From contig NC_135760.1 of the NCBI RefSeq assembly GCF_052425735.1, forward strand, positions 3,782,001 through 3,846,000: DNA of 64,000 bases, read 5' to 3'. Shown here piece after piece: positions 61,745 through 64,000 of this stretch. The notes below the pieces were generated by a model that worked only from the letters and a program-made list of their open reading frames with translations, was not told the DNA's origin and made no database searches. This DNA is from Oculina patagonica (taxonomy: Eukaryota). A program made the translations under genes and the position numbers. Positions within the stretch are counted from its first letter, which is position 1. Each line of letters begins with the position of its first letter.

Positions 61745-63091
61745 ATGGCTGTCGTCGAGAAAAACTGGCAAATAACAAGACCCACCATCAAAGAAAGAAA
61801 CAAGTTTATGTTCAACAATGATCTCTTCAGCGATGTGAAGTTCGTTGTTCGCAAGACTGATGGCGAAAGCGAAAGTAAACAAGTGATTCCTTCTCACAAG
61901 TTCGTGCTGTCGATTAGCAGTCCTGTGTTTGAAGCCATGTTTTACGGTGAGCTGGCGGAGACTGGAGACTCTATTGAACTGCCTGACTGTGAGTACGAGA
62001 GTTTGTTGGAGTTGTTTCGCTACATTTACAGCGATGAAGTGAACCTGACCGGAAGTAATGTGATGGGAGTGTTGTATTTGGCGAAGAAATACATGGTGCC
62101 TTCACTGGCTGATAAATGCACGGAGTATCTGCAAGATAACTTAGATCCTTCGAATGTTTTCTGTATCCTGCCCTCTGCTCAGAAATATGAAGAGAAGGAC
62201 CTGGTGGATCGATGCTGGAAAGTGATCGATAAACAGACAGACGAGGCTGTGAAATCAAACGGATTTGCGGCAATTGAGAGGTTCTTACTTGAAGCAGTAG
62301 TCGTAAGAGACACTTTGACGATTGAAGAGATAGAGCTGTTTAAAGCTGTTGACTTGTGGGCAACAAAGGAGTGTGAGATGCAAGGTTTAGCGGCAGATGG
62401 TGCAATAAAACGAAAAATTCTTGGAAAAGAAGTGATTAAAGGAATACGCTTTCCAACAATGAAGGAAGATGACTTCGCTCGTGCAGTGTTGGACAGTGAT
62501 ATTTTATCAAAAGAAGAAATCGTCAGCATCATCAAACATCTGAATTCAATCCCGAGTTCTCCAGTGGGATTCCCAGAAACCAAAAGGTCTGGTTTTTGCG
62601 GAGGTATTCAACGATGTTTTAGATTTGGCATGATCAGGTCAGAAGATACACGTCGTTATGGTGGCCCGATATACGATGCCGTCAAATTCTCTGTGGATAA
62701 AGATATTGAGCTACATGGAGTGTGCTTCTTTGGCAGTGAGAGTTATTCTTACTCTGTAGAATTGAATGTAACTGACGCCAAGAGTGGAACAGTTTTAGTG
62801 TCAAAAACTGGGCAATTTCCCTCAAAGCAATTACAGTGCGAGAAATATAGCTACTATGGTTTTGAAGTGTTGTTTGACAAAAAAAGTACTTTAACTTTAA
62901 AAAGAAACACCACGTACGAGATATGGGCTAAAATCTCAGGACCTCTTTCGTTAAGTGGACAAGACGGTATGGGCTCTGTTACATGTCGAGAAGTAACATT
63001 TACGTTTATGGAGGGGAACAACGCCTGGTTGAATGGAACGAAGGTCAAAACTGGTCAATTTCCCGAATTGTTGTTTTCCTTTAGAAAATAA
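61745..63091 (+). CDS. BTB-BACK-PHR protein (BTBD3/6-like), copy 12, 448 aa
   Basis: Intact ORF; PHR and 3' flank closest to copy 4. Confidence 0.95.
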   Translation: MAVVEKNWQITRPTIKERNKFMFNNDLFSDVKFVVRKTDGESESKQVIPSHKFVLSISSPVFEAMFYGELAETGDSIELPDCEYESLLELFRYIYSDEVNLTGSNVMGVLYLAKKYMVPSLADKCTEYLQDNLDPSNVFCILPSAQKYEEKDLVDRCWKVIDKQTDEAVKSNGFAAIERFLLEAVVVRDTLTIEEIELFKAVDLWATKECEMQGLAADGAIKRKILGKEVIKGIRFPTMKEDDFARAVLDSDILSKEEIVSIIKHLNSIPSSPVGFPETKRSGFCGGIQRCFRFGMIRSEDTRRYGGPIYDAVKFSVDKDIELHGVCFFGSESYSYSVELNVTDAKSGTVLVSKTGQFPSKQLQCEKYSYYGFEVLFDKKSTLTLKRNTTYEIWAKISGPLSLSGQDGMGSVTCREVTFTFMEGNNAWLNGTKVKTGQFPELLFSFRK

Positions 63092-63756
63092 ATATTTATT
63101 TGGGACAACACATATTGTTCATTAGTTACCGATTTGAGCACAGCTCCTTTACTCAAATTACTGTCTGTAAAACTCTTGAATGACTGACGAGTTTCAAAAC
63201 TGAGAAAAATTATTGCTTACGTTTTAATGCCACGAATATTTGTTGTATTTCTAAGAAATCAAAGATCACAAGAACATTAAAAAGAATTTGTATAAAGCAC
63301 CACTTTTACTTGCTTCAGAATTACACTTGTTATTAAGTCAAGACACTGTTTATAGAATGTAATTTTCAATAGCGATAAACATTTAATTTCTTGAACCTTA
63401 CAACAGGTAAGAATAACAGAATAAAGTAAAGAATCGCTAAGAGATATAATGTGTCTTGATTTACAGCCAAATTCTCTGAACTTGCATGACAAAGGAGAAT
63501 CTAAATCTCAAACTTGAGAGTCAGAATTAAAATGCAACATAATTGAGCTTACTGGTGAATTCGCTTACACTAGGATTATAATCCAATAAATTTGAATTAT
63601 TAGAGCAAACAATAAAGAAGAACTAAAACGAAAGATTCCAAGTTCCGACAAAACTACAAACAAAAACAAAACATAGAAGTAAATTTAGTGGAAGGGACAC
63701 AAATACGAAAACCCGAATGTGCGGAGATATTTTCTTCTATTTTAAATGCTGTGTTA

Positions 63757-64000
63757 GGGCCTGTTTACATGGAAGGCGGGTGCCCCGGCTAACCGAGTTA
63801 CCCGGCTAACCAAGCTACCCTGGGCGAGCCAACTTTTCATACGTTTCCTTAGAAAATGTATTGAAGCCTTTAAATGCTAGAAGGGTAACCCGCCTTGCCG
63901 GGGCACTCGGTCTACTAATGCCCGGGGCACCCTTCTAGGCGGAAAAGCTTTTTGCCATGTAAACGGTTATGACCGAGCTATCCCGGCTTGCCGGGATAGG
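63757..64000. mobile_element. Left part of a Harbinger-like MITE (runs off the window)
   Basis: TTA then GGGCCTGTTTACATGG, with internal ACCCGGCT repeats; homology to the paralogous flank (~17915) breaks here. Confidence 0.55.

Overview
AT-rich animal genomic DNA; the repeat content resembles a cnidarian or stony coral, which is an inference. The window holds a head-to-tail tandem array of 12 intronless BTB-BACK-PHR genes (BTBD3/6-like CUL3 substrate adaptors), all on the + strand. Seven are intact (2148, 4495, 9228, 18860, 35363, 58367, 61745) and five are disrupted (15848, 29274, 31736, 43956, 56568). The BTB-BACK core is strongly homogenised, while the PHR loops that are conserved in canonical BTBD proteins are hypervariable. 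Promoter/N-terminal halves and PHR/3' halves are shuffled between paralogs, and GTCACGC/GCGTGAC motifs (usually as inverted pairs) lie upstream of every copy. Duplicated pseudo-exons of an acyl-CoA dehydrogenase (ACDH-11/AidB-like) gene mark a ~26 kb segmental duplication. The spacers are packed with transposons: AcademH-like elements (one with a RecQ helicase relic), TWA-TSD, Kolobok, Tc1/pogo and hAT-like elements, Crypton, Ngaro, Tx1 and RTE fragments, and a Penelope end carrying a minimal hammerhead ribozyme. All identifications were made by eye; no database searches were run.
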